A stretch of DNA of 64,000 nt from Minisyncoccota bacterium (GCA_041663045.1 JBAZRH010000002.1:193946-257945), one strand, 5' to 3'. Counted from the stretch's first letter, positions 1 through 10,520 are shown. Program-made: numbers and translations. Notes: generated from the sequence alone by a model not told the origin.

Positions 1-679
1 AATCAATCGAATCCAAAATAACACCATCTTTCTTAAGTTTGCCAGTAAAATCAACTATTGAGTCAAGATTTTTCTCCCACATATCAATAAAAGTATTCTG
101 GGAAAGAAGATGGTTGTGAATTCCAAGCTTGATTTTATTTTTTTTACGTAAAATATTAAGCTTATCAAAAATTGGCATCACCTCAGAAATATGAAAGCCT
201 AAAAAAGAATCTGAGCTATAAGGTAATTCAGCATTGGAAACTTTAACTCCAGTATTAATACGAACTAAAACTTCAAGAAAGGCACCAATGGCTATATCTT
301 CAAGCAAAATCTCAAGTTGCTGAATAGAATCTACACTAAAACGGCTAACACCAAATTGACGAATCTTTTTATATTGTTCCCTAGTTAAACTTGGTGATTG
401 AAAGATGATTTTATCCTTTTTATAACCTTTCTTGATTGCAACTTTTTCTAGTTCTTCGACTGAAGAAATTAATAAACTACAACCCTCAGCTAAAATCACT
501 TCTAAAATCCCATCCTCGGGATTAGTCTTATGAGAATAGGCGATCTCACCTATAAGTGAGAATTTAACTTCTTTGATCAAATCAATTAAACTGACTTTAT
601 CAACAACAAAACAAGGGGTCTGATTTTGCCATATGTCTTTATTTTTATTTAAGAAACTAATTACAGTATTTTTATCCAT
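1..679 (-). CDS. PLP-dependent decarboxylase, Orn/DAP/Arg decarboxylase family (N-terminal part; gene runs off window start)
   Basis: Absent from the ORF track because it is truncated by the window edge. Minus-strand translation from ATG (complement 677-679) reads MDKNTVISFLNKNKDIWQNQTPCFVVDKVSLIDLIKEVKFSLIGEIAYSHKTNPEDGILEVILAEGCSLLISSVEELEKVAIKKGYKKDKIIFQSPSLTREQ..., resembling the N-terminal TIM-barrel region of fold-III decarboxylases. Confidence 0.5.
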   Translation of the reverse strand, partial: MDKNTVISFLNKNKDIWQNQTPCFVVDKVSLIDLIKEVKFSLIGEIAYSHKTNPEDGILEVILAEGCSLLISSVEELEKVAIKKGYKKDKIIFQSPSLTREQYKKIRQFGVSRFSVDSIQQLEILLEDIAIGAFLEVLVRINTGVKVSNAELPYSSDSFLGFHISEVMPIFDKLNILRKKNKIKLGIHNHLLSQNTFIDMWEKNLDSIVDFTGKLKKDGVILDSID

Positions 680-756
680 TTGTTAAGTATTCAAAACCCT
701 TTATAAAACGCCCTGATATTGTATCATATTACGCCGTAAAAGCAAGTAAAAATGGC

Positions 757-1668
757 CTAAATACCAATAAAATAGGTTCCTATAATAATCAGCCCGATGC
801 CAATGATCTTTTGTAGTATATTCTTCTTTGAAATAGATTCTTGGCTTATATTGGGGAAAAATATTGTAAGGGCAACTCCAATAACAAAGACAAAAAGTGG
901 TTGGAATGAGCTAACTAAAAGAACGAGAACTAATGGGGCCAGTAAAATTGCATATTGGGTAACAGATTCCGCAACGATAAATAGTGTTTCACTTAATGAA
1001 TTCAGACCAAGGACAGCTATCTTATTTTCTTTAATCATTTCCATAAATTGGAAACGATACGATTTTATAAATACAAAGAAAATCACCCCTAATATTATTT
1101 TACCTATTAATGACCAAAATGTGGATAACCAGAAACCATTATCCAGAGCAATCAATTTGAAGATAGCCCCATTGACGGCAAAAAGAATAGACGCCGTTAT
1201 CATAAGTAAGACTACTTCTTTTTTGAATCTTATCTTTTCTCCTCCTATTTCAAAAGATAGGATAGTTGCTCCAAAAATAATAACTAAAGAAGCTATTATT
1301 TGAATAGTTGATATTGTTTCTCCTAGAATGAAATAACCTAGGATAAAACCAAAAATTGGTATCGTTTGGTAAAAAGGCACAACGTAGGAGGCCTCATCTT
1401 TTTGCAGAGCATAGAAATAACAAAGGATAGCCAAGACAACAAGCATGCCATTTATAGCCAAAACTATTCCGTGAATAAGACTGACATTAAATACACTCGG
1501 ATGAAAAAATAGAACAATGGGTAAAGCAACAACACTAAATATAGAAGAAAAGATAATAAGTGAACCAACAGCCCCACCTTTTAAGTATTTTGTAATAAGA
1601 TACTTATCGGTGTGATTAGCTACTGCATTTAATATGGGGCCTATTAGTGCTATAAGAAACCAGTTCAT
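757..1668 (-). CDS. DMT-superfamily (EamA-like) membrane transporter
   Basis: 303 aa, about 10 predicted TM helices, duplicated 5-TM architecture. Confidence 0.6.
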   Translation of the reverse strand: MNWFLIALIGPILNAVANHTDKYLITKYLKGGAVGSLIIFSSIFSVVALPIVLFFHPSVFNVSLIHGIVLAINGMLVVLAILCYFYALQKDEASYVVPFYQTIPIFGFILGYFILGETISTIQIIASLVIIFGATILSFEIGGEKIRFKKEVVLLMITASILFAVNGAIFKLIALDNGFWLSTFWSLIGKIILGVIFFVFIKSYRFQFMEMIKENKIAVLGLNSLSETLFIVAESVTQYAILLAPLVLVLLVSSFQPLFVFVIGVALTIFFPNISQESISKKNILQKIIGIGLIIIGTYFIGI

Positions 1669-1680
1669 TATTTTTTAAAT

Positions 1681-2688
1681 TTAATCATTTTTATAAAAGT
1701 TTCTCTCCCAGGAATGTTTTTTTAGTTCTTTCATAAGAGATTTTGATAATTTTCTGCCATCCGAAACAGACATATTTGCTTCCACATTTTTTACTTTTCT
1801 CATACCAGGGATAACAGATGACACTTGATCAAATGATAATATATATCGTAGAGATAACTCGGCAAGTGTTTTTGCTTCATCCCCCATTATTTCCTTAAGT
1901 GAGTCTGTTCTTTTAATAAGATCACGTAACCTTTGCCAAGAAAAATAACCGTGGCGGAGGTCACCTTTTTCAAATACAGTATCTTTAGTAAAATTACCAG
2001 CTAAACCCCCCTCATCTAACGGGACTCTGGCAATCAGCCCAATATTATGTTTTTTAGCATAAGCAAAAAGTTCTTCGGTTGGCTTTTGATGAAAAATATT
2101 AAAAATAAACTGAACGCTTGAAATAAGTCCAGTGTCTAAAGTCTTTAAACAATTGCTAGGTTCATAATCATTAACAGATATACCCCAATGCTTTACTTTT
2201 CCTTCCTTTGTTAATTTCTTAATAGTATTTTTCCAGCCTTCCTCTTTGGCAAAATCATCTTGCCAGACATGAAATTGGACAAGGTCGAGTGTCTTAACCC
2301 CTAAGCTTTTTAGGGAATCATCTACACATTTTTCTATATGATCATTGGGAAAGACCTCAGAAATAGGTGCGCCTTTTTGGGCTGGCCATTTCATATTTTT
2401 GGGAGGTATTTTTGTGGCAATAATAACTTGATCACGCTTCCCTGATTCTCTAAGAAACTTACCTAACAATTCTTCAGATGGATGTTTGTCGGGAAATTCC
2501 TCTGAATATCCATATATCCAGGCAGTATCAATAAAATTACCACCAAGTTCTATAAATCTGTACAAACTTTTTAGACTTTCTTCGGGATTTGCACCAACCC
2601 AAAAATGTGGATCATTAGCAAGTTGCCATGTTCCACAACCGATCTCTGATACTTTTAAATTAGTTTTACCTAATGTTCTGTATTTCAT
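1681..2688 (-). CDS. aldo/keto reductase family oxidoreductase
   Basis: N-terminus MKYRTLGKTNLKVSEIGCGTWQL..IDTAWIYG matches AKR family conserved motifs. Confidence 0.8.
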   Translation of the reverse strand: MKYRTLGKTNLKVSEIGCGTWQLANDPHFWVGANPEESLKSLYRFIELGGNFIDTAWIYGYSEEFPDKHPSEELLGKFLRESGKRDQVIIATKIPPKNMKWPAQKGAPISEVFPNDHIEKCVDDSLKSLGVKTLDLVQFHVWQDDFAKEEGWKNTIKKLTKEGKVKHWGISVNDYEPSNCLKTLDTGLISSVQFIFNIFHQKPTEELFAYAKKHNIGLIARVPLDEGGLAGNFTKDTVFEKGDLRHGYFSWQRLRDLIKRTDSLKEIMGDEAKTLAELSLRYILSFDQVSSVIPGMRKVKNVEANMSVSDGRKLSKSLMKELKKHSWERNFYKND

Positions 2689-2765
2689 GATTATTTAAAG
2701 TAATTATAAAGATATTTTAGATTTTTTATTTATAGGAGAAATATAGCTTAAATAATATTAGAAAA

Positions 2766-3545
2766 CTATATCTCTTTTATTTTTTTAGAAACACCCTCTG
2801 CAAATTTTAAATTCGCCTCCCTTGCTTCCTTAAGTGCATTTGGATAAGTCGGTACATTTTTAATGTCCTTAATATCAAAATTATTAGCAACTATTAAAGG
2901 ATGACGAAACCCAAAAAATTTAGTAGAAAAGGGTTGCATCACAATTACTCTTCTCTTTAATAATGTCGCCCAATAAGCCCCATGATAACTATTAGTAATA
3001 ACTAATTCAGCACTTCCAAGAAAACTTATTATCTCTTCAAAAGAATCGCCATTCTTCATTTTAGGAAAGTCCATGTCCAAATTCCTCATTGGAAAATTTT
3101 TGTGTTCATAGATCACAACCTTATTTTTGATTTCGAATTCTTTATCAAATATGCTGTGCATACAACTTGGGCAAGGAACCCACTCGAGATAATTTGTGCT
3201 ATCTCTTACCCCAAGCAAATCGAACTCATTAGAATTTTTATATTCGTCGTATAATATATCACATCCGCCATGAACATTATGACCAAGTGCCCACCCTATA
3301 AGTAATTTGGTCTTAGCTCCAAGTAGTGCTTTCATATAATCTTTGAAATAATCCTGGGCGATAAAACCACCTCCGCCAAATATAATAATCTTACCTTCAA
3401 TTTCTTTGACAAATTTGTCTATAGGCAACTCAGTAATATCTAAAGTTTTAACATCTTTCAAAAAATCAAAGTATTTTGTAGGTGTGCCAAATTTATCACC
3501 TGTATTAGATGTGTTTTTACGATAGATGTTTACTATTTTTTCCAT
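2766..3545 (-). CDS. polysaccharide pyruvyl transferase-like protein
   Basis: The track ORF 2766..3632 probably starts at the internal Met (MEKIVNIY, complement 3543-3545). It has an N..GD N-terminal motif, a GGGG segment and a C-terminal SYHGAYWATLL segment like the CsaB/WcaK family. Confidence 0.4.
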   Translation of the reverse strand: MEKIVNIYRKNTSNTGDKFGTPTKYFDFLKDVKTLDITELPIDKFVKEIEGKIIIFGGGGFIAQDYFKDYMKALLGAKTKLLIGWALGHNVHGGCDILYDEYKNSNEFDLLGVRDSTNYLEWVPCPSCMHSIFDKEFEIKNKVVIYEHKNFPMRNLDMDFPKMKNGDSFEEIISFLGSAELVITNSYHGAYWATLLKRRVIVMQPFSTKFFGFRHPLIVANNFDIKDIKNVPTYPNALKEAREANLKFAEGVSKKIKEI

Positions 3546-3624
3546 GTATGTATAATAGTAGATAAGTACTCGAAAAACAAGTACGGGCGAGAAAATACAT
3601 TTATTAAATTTAATATAATTTTTT

Positions 3625-4161
3625 ATGGACACAAAACAAACACAGGCAGATAATAATAAAATTGAATTAGCAAAAAAATATGCTTCAGAAAAATTTGCAG
3701 AAACTGGGAAAAAGAATCATTATCTTGATGTTTTTGCAATACTACAAAACGAATTTAATGTGCCTGAACAAGATGTTTTGATTGCGGGACTCCTTCATGA
3801 CACTCTGGAGGACACTTCGGCCACATATAAAGAAATAGAAGAAACTTTTTCAAAACAGATTGCAGATTTAGTACAAGAAGTATCTCATCCAAAGAATTAT
3901 ACTCAGGAACAGAAAATAAAATACTATGAAGATATAAAGAAAATATCAGATGGGGCCAAACTAATCAAAATGGCCGATTTTACATCACACCTCAGAAATT
4001 TTGCTAAGGTATATGAAAGAGGAGAACAGCATCTCCATCCTAAATTCGTTAATAATGATAAATATATTGCAAGCATACGAGATTTTTTGGCTAGTTGTAA
4101 GGAATCAACCGGAAAAAATGTGGTTTATGATTTAACGAACAAACTGGAGGCTTTACTATAG
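3625..4161 (+). CDS. HD-domain hydrolase, RelA/SpoT-type HD (small alarmone hydrolase-like)
   Basis: GLLHDTLEDT motif typical of the (p)ppGpp-hydrolase HD domain; 178 aa stand-alone protein. Confidence 0.65.
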   Translation: MDTKQTQADNNKIELAKKYASEKFAETGKKNHYLDVFAILQNEFNVPEQDVLIAGLLHDTLEDTSATYKEIEETFSKQIADLVQEVSHPKNYTQEQKIKYYEDIKKISDGAKLIKMADFTSHLRNFAKVYERGEQHLHPKFVNNDKYIASIRDFLASCKESTGKNVVYDLTNKLEALL

Positions 4162-4248
4162 ACGAAGGGGGTATTTTTAAACTGGCTCATCTTGATTTGA
4201 CACAATACCATTTTTAGTATATACTGTAACTAGAAAGGAGGAAAGCTC

Positions 4249-4800
4249 ATGAGAAATGAAAAGGTACCGAAGTTCATTGTTTTGGAAGGTATTTCTGGAA
4301 GTGGTAAAACGGAGCTTGGTGTAAAATTGTCTCAGCAGATTTCTGCTCAATATTACACTACTCCCCCGGCTCTGTATCGTAAGATCAGAGAGGAAGTTGA
4401 TAAGACTTTGTGTCTAGAATCAAGATTTTTGTTTTATCTCTCGTCTGTTGTGCAGGCGTCGTGGGAGATCAGCAAGATTCTTGAAACACAAAGTGTCGTG
4501 TGCGACAAATACATTTGGTCCACCATCTGTTATCACACAGTGTATGGACTTGATGTAAAAATACCACCATCAACAACCTACCGCCAACCGGATTACACCT
4601 TCCTAGTTGTCTGTGAGGAAGAAAAAAGACTCGAGCGTCTGAGCCATCGTGGAGTTGTCAAAGACAAAGAGAAGTATGATCTGAGACAAGAAATGGAACG
4701 GAGATGCTTAGTCGAGTTTCGAAAGCATATACAACTGGAAATCGACAACAGGATTGATGGCTCACAAAATGCTATCGATCAAATTCTCGCAGTTATCTAA
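4249..4800 (+). CDS. P-loop nucleoside/nucleotide kinase, thymidylate-kinase-like fold
   Basis: Walker A GISGSGKT and Tmk-like DKYIWSTICYH (DRY..S..AYQ-like) segment; AGGAGG Shine-Dalgarno sequence upstream. Confidence 0.6.
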   Translation: MRNEKVPKFIVLEGISGSGKTELGVKLSQQISAQYYTTPPALYRKIREEVDKTLCLESRFLFYLSSVVQASWEISKILETQSVVCDKYIWSTICYHTVYGLDVKIPPSTTYRQPDYTFLVVCEEEKRLERLSHRGVVKDKEKYDLRQEMERRCLVEFRKHIQLEIDNRIDGSQNAIDQILAVI

Positions 4801-4816
4801 GAGAGGCAGACAAGTT

Positions 4817-5737
4817 CTACCTCTCTTTTTTCTTTATATATATAAAGGCGTATTTATAACCGAATAATCTAATAAATCTACAGAAAGCCTCAAAAAAATT
4901 CAGTTTGGTAATGGCTTGAGTCAATTCTTTAAAAAAATAAATCGTAAGATAAACCTCTTTTTTATCATAAAAATTCTCTAAACCTCTTTTTTTTACCATA
5001 ATATAATCAGATATCCCTTGCCAAAATAATCTGCGAGTCATAAATATTCTTGTTAGTCTCTTCTCTTTAATTTTCGACCAGACCTCTGCTTGTGGCTCAT
5101 ACCAAACCATACTTTGCGGAATTCTAATCAAAAATTCTGTGTCACCATTAGACAATAGATTACCACCCTTTCTATCTAAGTCTGGATCAAACATACCAAA
5201 TCTTTTAAATGTCTCTCTTTTAAATGACATATTTGCACCTATTATAAAATAAGGTGCATAAAGATGTCCTGCTTGTCTGGGGAAATTAGGAGGTAAAAGG
5301 AATCGAAGAAAGTAATTTGAAAACCAAACAGGCCATTTTTTTGTCTCTTTATCTTTAACAAAAACTGGACCGCCAACACAAAGTATATCCTGTTCACTAT
5401 AACCACACACAATGTTTTTAGCCCAATGTTCAGACACAATGACATCATCGTCTAGGAACGAAATTATATCTGCCACCGCTTCAGTAATTCCCGTATTCCT
5501 GGCATAATTCAAACCAACCCTTTTTTCTTCTATTATTTTGACCTTATTATAGTTTCTAAGTTTTAAAGTGCCTGAATCCACAGAAAGAGAATTTCCATTA
5601 TCTACTATAATGATTTCCCTAATATATTTTATGTTAGAAGTCGTTGATAAAGAACACACTAAATCTACGAGATCGGTTAATCTTTCTTCATGCTTATATG
5701 TAGGAATGATTACAGTTATTAAATTTTCTTGTTGCAT
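4817..5737 (-). CDS. glycosyltransferase family 2
   Basis: ITVIIPTYKHEERL...IIVDNGNS...DDD motifs of the GT-A fold. Confidence 0.8.
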   Translation of the reverse strand: MQQENLITVIIPTYKHEERLTDLVDLVCSLSTTSNIKYIREIIIVDNGNSLSVDSGTLKLRNYNKVKIIEEKRVGLNYARNTGITEAVADIISFLDDDVIVSEHWAKNIVCGYSEQDILCVGGPVFVKDKETKKWPVWFSNYFLRFLLPPNFPRQAGHLYAPYFIIGANMSFKRETFKRFGMFDPDLDRKGGNLLSNGDTEFLIRIPQSMVWYEPQAEVWSKIKEKRLTRIFMTRRLFWQGISDYIMVKKRGLENFYDKKEVYLTIYFFKELTQAITKLNFFEAFCRFIRLFGYKYAFIYIKKKER

Positions 5738-7572
5738 ATTATTTCCTTAATTTTCATCTTTACTTCCCTCATCTTTAAATCGGTAGTATCAATATAAGAA
5801 ATTTTTATAGGTAAAAACTTTTTAAGTTCATTTTTATAAAATTCCTTAAAATAACCTAAAAATGTTGGATCAAACCAGTTCTTATATTTAATATTTTTAG
5901 AGTAAATTTCTCTTCTTTTCAGACTCTCTTCAATCGAAACATCTAAATATATCAGATGGGTCGGAAAAGTAATTGTATGTTTTACTTTTTCATAAACTTC
6001 GAGCAATGATTTGTATTCATTTGGAGTATTATTTACTTTTGATCTTGCATAGCAATAAGCCAATGTTGTAATAAAAGTCCTATCCAAAATAACTTCCGAA
6101 TATTTTCTATCAATATTATTAATAAAATCGGTTTTATTCTTTTCTATAATTAAAAATTGTCTTGATGTTTCAAGATTATCCTTATTCAATATCTTCTCAT
6201 CTTCTATTTGGAGTTGGGGGATGAATAATTTTTTTTCATCGCTTACATAATTCTTTATGAAAGTCGTCTTTCCCGCACCGGGCATCCCCTCTAGAGCTAT
6301 TATTTTTTCTAAATTATACGTCTCAACTGTATTTCGATTCAAGATAGAGAAAGAAAAATCTTTTGGTAATTCATCTGAAGATATCTCTTTAAAACGACGC
6401 TTTTCAATAGCTTCTTGAAGCCAAACAGGCTCTTTATTTGCCATCGCCTCATTATCTTTACTTGGCCTTTTGACATTAGGAGTATTTAAAACTTTTTCGT
6501 ATGTCCTAATTGTTTGTTTAGCAATTATATTCCAATCATAGTATTTTTTTATTGCAGAATATCCCTTTTTAGATATACGAGTAAGTTTCTTTTTGTCCTT
6601 TAATAGATCAATTATCTTTGTCGTATACTTAGAATAGTCATCCTCGATCAAAAAATAATCTTTTCTATTAAACCCAGCGGTAGCTATACTAGTTGTTAAG
6701 ATTGGAATACCCGCGGCTAAATAATTCAGTAGCTTTATTCGCATGCCCGTTCCTTCATTAATAGGAGCTAGAGCAAAAGTAGCATCTTTAAAGAGTTGAT
6801 TTAAATCAGGGATGGTCCCTATAAAAGAAAAACTGGGTGCAGTACATTCTTTTTTAAGATTTGGAGGGCAATCACCGGCGATTGTAAATCTAAATCCATG
6901 CTTTTGTAGCTCTGGATATATTTGATTCCTTATCACACGCACAGCATCTTCATTTGGTTTAAAATATAAATTACCGAGGAAAACTATATTTTTCGCAGTG
7001 AAATTTGGTTTATTATACTTTAACTCCTTACAATCAACACCGCTCGGAATCACAGATATCAATTCTGGTCTAATTTTCATATACTCCATAAGAGATGGTT
7101 TATCTTGGTCACTTAAACAGATTAGATGATCTATGGATCTACCGACTTCTTTCTCAATATTCTTAATCTCATTTAGCCTAGACATGTTCGCACCAAGTTT
7201 TTTGGCAAGATTTCTTATTACATAATGCATCTCGCTGATTAATTTTGTTCCAGTTAATTGTGCTAAACGTACACCTTGAAGTAAAATTGGTTCCAAATTA
7301 TCAAATTGAATGATGTCGATAGACTCTTTTCTAAGAATGGAAGCGATCAATTCCAAATTATTATAATAGTTTTTTATTGGGAAAATGTAAGTCTTGAAAG
7401 GTTCTTTTTTTATTAAAGATATATCAGACCACTTTCGATACCCATGAAAAATAACAACATTTACATCGTTTAACGCTAAATGTCGTGATAAATAATGAAA
7501 GCGATTTGAAGCACCATCATAAGAAGGAATAAAATCCCCGTCTACAAATATTGCAATATTAATTTTTTTCAT
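5719..7572 (-). CDS. fusion protein: N-terminal GT4 (GT-B) glycosyltransferase plus C-terminal Tmk-like P-loop kinase domain
   Basis: N-terminal GT4 features ending in the E..G..EG motif (PINEGTGMRIKLLNYLAAGIPIL). The C-terminal ~230 aa carry Walker A GMPGAGKTT and the LDRTFITTLAYCYA motif, and are paralogous to 4249..4800. Confidence 0.7.
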   Translation of the reverse strand: MKKINIAIFVDGDFIPSYDGASNRFHYLSRHLALNDVNVVIFHGYRKWSDISLIKKEPFKTYIFPIKNYYNNLELIASILRKESIDIIQFDNLEPILLQGVRLAQLTGTKLISEMHYVIRNLAKKLGANMSRLNEIKNIEKEVGRSIDHLICLSDQDKPSLMEYMKIRPELISVIPSGVDCKELKYNKPNFTAKNIVFLGNLYFKPNEDAVRVIRNQIYPELQKHGFRFTIAGDCPPNLKKECTAPSFSFIGTIPDLNQLFKDATFALAPINEGTGMRIKLLNYLAAGIPILTTSIATAGFNRKDYFLIEDDYSKYTTKIIDLLKDKKKLTRISKKGYSAIKKYYDWNIIAKQTIRTYEKVLNTPNVKRPSKDNEAMANKEPVWLQEAIEKRRFKEISSDELPKDFSFSILNRNTVETYNLEKIIALEGMPGAGKTTFIKNYVSDEKKLFIPQLQIEDEKILNKDNLETSRQFLIIEKNKTDFINNIDRKYSEVILDRTFITTLAYCYARSKVNNTPNEYKSLLEVYEKVKHTITFPTHLIYLDVSIEESLKRREIYSKNIKYKNWFDPTFLGYFKEFYKNELKKFLPIKISYIDTTDLKMREVKMKIKEIICNKKI

Positions 7573-8644
7573 GATAAATTTGATTAACTTTTTCTAAAAC
7601 CTCCTCAATATTTATATCATCTTTTTCAAATAAGATAGAATCGCATTTCTTTTTACCATTCATGCACATACCAAAAAATGGGTAAAAATTCTTGCAAGAA
7701 AGCATGTGTTTGCTACTTACATAATTAAATTTATTTGAAGATCCTCCCCACATCAATGGAGATGTAGTTACATAAATTCCGAGCGATTTTATACCCATGG
7801 AATCACAGAGATGTATTAATCCAGAATCCACAGAGATTAATAAAAATATGTCTCGTAGTGATTCTTCCAATTCATATAGGTTCGTTGGTTTTAATATTTT
7901 TATTTTATTTTTGGTAAAGCTTGGTAAATCCGATATAACTTTATTAGTATATAATTTTTCATTTTCACTAAACCCCTCATATATTTCTACCTTCCTATCA
8001 GATAAAACAAGAGAAGAAATAAGTTTTGCCCATTTTGTAACTTCCCATAATTTAAAAACGCCACCGGAATGCATATTAATCAAGATACTTTCTGGATCAT
8101 TAATTATAGGAAAAAATAACTCAAAGATAGAAGTATCATAAATGAGTTTTTGATTTGTTCCCTTTTGAAGGATTTTTAAAATTATATCTCTAATATTAGT
8201 ATTAGTTTTTTCATCGGCGGTCAATGTTTCGTCATCATAAAAGTTAATCTCACTATTTTGAGTAACAAACCAATCTTTAAAATCATAATAACCTTTCTCG
8301 AAACGACGACCGACAGTACGTAAATTCATAACGACTTTAATATCGTTTTGCTCAAGAAACACACTAATTTCTTTCCAATAATTCCTAGGAAACTTTCTAA
8401 AATTATTGTCTATAATTTTGAAATTGGATGGGGCCTGTATATTTCCTTGGGTAAGATTGCCAGAAAAAAAAAGATTCGTAGTATAAAAAAACAATGATTC
8501 TGGCATTTTCTCTCCAATTTCTTTAAAAATTGGATAATATATCACTCCGTCGCCTAAACCATCAAAAGTTGTAATCAAGTAATTCATAAGGGTGTCATTA
8601 TTATTGACATTAACTAATATATCATGTAGCATACTTAATTGCAA
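7559..8644 (-). CDS. glycosyltransferase family 9 (heptosyltransferase-like)
   Basis: VDSGLIHLCDSMGIKSLGIY resembles the GT9 signature NDSGLMHLAAALG..V.LFG. Confidence 0.6.
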   Translation of the reverse strand: MQLSMLHDILVNVNNNDTLMNYLITTFDGLGDGVIYYPIFKEIGEKMPESLFFYTTNLFFSGNLTQGNIQAPSNFKIIDNNFRKFPRNYWKEISVFLEQNDIKVVMNLRTVGRRFEKGYYDFKDWFVTQNSEINFYDDETLTADEKTNTNIRDIILKILQKGTNQKLIYDTSIFELFFPIINDPESILINMHSGGVFKLWEVTKWAKLISSLVLSDRKVEIYEGFSENEKLYTNKVISDLPSFTKNKIKILKPTNLYELEESLRDIFLLISVDSGLIHLCDSMGIKSLGIYVTTSPLMWGGSSNKFNYVSSKHMLSCKNFYPFFGMCMNGKKKCDSILFEKDDINIEEVLEKVNQIYHEKN

Positions 8645-8660
8645 TTAATGTATATTTCAT

Positions 8661-9419
8661 ATGCCTAAATTAAAAAAAGAGACTGTTCTAACAGACAAAG
8701 AAAGTAGAAAATATCGAGGTGTAGTTTTTGATTTTCACTTTACGATTGCCCATTTTTATCCATCAAGGGAAAAAGTGTATGAAAAAATTTTTAATAAATA
8801 CGGGTTTACTAATTCACCAAAAGATATTGCCAGAGCTTTTTCTAGGGCATGGTTAAAATATACAGACAAAGAACTTATCGAGGCTTTCAGCCAGCAAATT
8901 GATATACCCTCTATGGAAAATTGGTGGCTTGAATTTCATTCTGGAGTTTTTATGACATTGGGAATAGAAGATAAGAAAATATTGGAATTGATAAATAAGG
9001 ATATTTCTGACCTTGTGTATAAAGATTCTTCTATCTATCGTTTATATCCGGATGTCTTAGAAACGCTCTCTTTCCTAAAGAAAAAAAAGGTTAAGATTGG
9101 AATGATAACTAATGCTCACGGTACAATCCGAGAAATTATTAATGAATTGGGCATAACAGAATATTTTGATTATATAACGATCTCTTGTGAAGTCGGGCTT
9201 AGCAAACCTGATCCTAAAATCTTTGAATATACATTTGAAAAAATGGGATTGCATAATAAAGATGTGTTATTTGTAGGAGACAGTTATCATACTGATGTTG
9301 TTGGCTCTGAAATCGCTGGATGTGCCATCGCCATCATTGATAGAAAAGATAAGGATGGGAAGAAACTGAATAAATACCTACACCTTAATAATTTAACTCA
9401 GATTAAAAATCTGATCTAA
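8661..9419 (+). CDS. HAD-superfamily hydrolase
   Basis: N-terminal VVFDFHFT (motif I variant) and C-terminal FVGDSYHTDVVG (motif IV). Confidence 0.55.
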   Translation: MPKLKKETVLTDKESRKYRGVVFDFHFTIAHFYPSREKVYEKIFNKYGFTNSPKDIARAFSRAWLKYTDKELIEAFSQQIDIPSMENWWLEFHSGVFMTLGIEDKKILELINKDISDLVYKDSSIYRLYPDVLETLSFLKKKKVKIGMITNAHGTIREIINELGITEYFDYITISCEVGLSKPDPKIFEYTFEKMGLHNKDVLFVGDSYHTDVVGSEIAGCAIAIIDRKDKDGKKLNKYLHLNNLTQIKNLI

Positions 9420-9455
9420 TTGGGGATCTACCGCCTTTTTTAGATCTCAAACTTT

Positions 9456-9986
9456 TTATTTTCCTGCTTCTTTTTTGGCTAAAATTAAAACTCCATTAAC
9501 AAACTCACTCTTCCCACTAATGTACGAATCTTTTCCTGTTGGATTATTCTTTAATAACTTTTTCTTTAATTTTTGGTATTCATCTCTCAAATCAGAATGT
9601 TTTCTCAAGTAATCTCTAAATAATATCTGTCTTTCCCAAAAGCCTCCTTTGTCAGTATAGGCAATAGAAAGATGAAATTCTGTAGGATTACCTTTCCTAA
9701 ACAAGTGCCTTTCCGCACTGGAATTTAGCTTATCATAGGAATATCTGAATCCCTCAAGTGGTTTGATAAAAGCATCAGCATCTTTTTGATTCTCTATCAT
9801 TACTGCAATATCAATAATTGGTTTTGAAGCTAACCCTTCAATAGATGTACTGCCAATATGTTCAATAGCGATTACTTTATCACCAAATATTTCTTTCAAT
9901 TTACTTTTTTCTGTCTCAAATCTGTCTTTCCAAGATGATTGATAAGATATTAAGATTGCATGTGATGAATCGTTCATAAAATACAT
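9456..9986 (-). CDS. grpB: GrpB-family protein (UPF0157, nucleotidyltransferase fold)
   Basis: IEHIGSTSIEGLASKPIIDIAVMIE signature. Confidence 0.8.
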   Translation of the reverse strand: MYFMNDSSHAILISYQSSWKDRFETEKSKLKEIFGDKVIAIEHIGSTSIEGLASKPIIDIAVMIENQKDADAFIKPLEGFRYSYDKLNSSAERHLFRKGNPTEFHLSIAYTDKGGFWERQILFRDYLRKHSDLRDEYQKLKKKLLKNNPTGKDSYISGKSEFVNGVLILAKKEAGK

Positions 9987-10436
9987 TTAAAGATCAGTAA
10001 AAATTTCTTTTATTTTTTCCTGAGTATCTTTTAATTGCCCATCAAAAAACAGATAATCCTTCAATTGCTCAAAAGGTATCCACTTATAAAATCTAACCTC
10101 TCCTTTTTTTGGTTGTATTTCATTATTAGTTCCAATAAATCTAAATCCAAAAAAATACCGTACTGACCCTTCATATTCAATCCCATCGCGATTCAACTTA
10201 ATTACTTTGAATTTGAACCTGACGGGGATATTGCTTTGGCCTACAATCTTAAGATGTTCTTCTTTAATTCCCAACTCTTCATTTAACTCTCGGTACACCG
10301 CATCCTTTAGTGTTTCGCCCTGCTCAACCCCTCCACCAGGAATTGCAAAATACTTGTCTTCAAAAGACTCTAAATTGACTAAAAGAAACTCGTTCTTTTT
10401 ATTGATGATAATTGCTGAAACTCCTTTTCTAAACAT
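9987..10436 (-). CDS. NUDIX hydrolase
   Basis: Nudix box GGGVEQGETLKDAVYRELNEELGI. Confidence 0.85.
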   Translation of the reverse strand: MFRKGVSAIIINKKNEFLLVNLESFEDKYFAIPGGGVEQGETLKDAVYRELNEELGIKEEHLKIVGQSNIPVRFKFKVIKLNRDGIEYEGSVRYFFGFRFIGTNNEIQPKKGEVRFYKWIPFEQLKDYLFFDGQLKDTQEKIKEIFTDL

Positions 10437-10520
10437 GGATTAATTAAAAATTATTTATAAATCATAAAGGTTGCTTTTCCTCATACCATCTGGTATGTAT
10501 CTAAAGAAGATGATAACACA

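Noticed and set aside
797-1303. Antisense and overlapping ORFs in the track, e.g. 797..1303, 5242..5448, 15255..16004, 15344..15913, 22366..22916, 23319..23780, 41100..41805, 44228..44772, 46371..46985, 50539..50883
   Set aside because: They lie opposite or inside well-supported genes or tRNAs, have low-complexity translations, and in the GC-rich genes are explained by composition bias.
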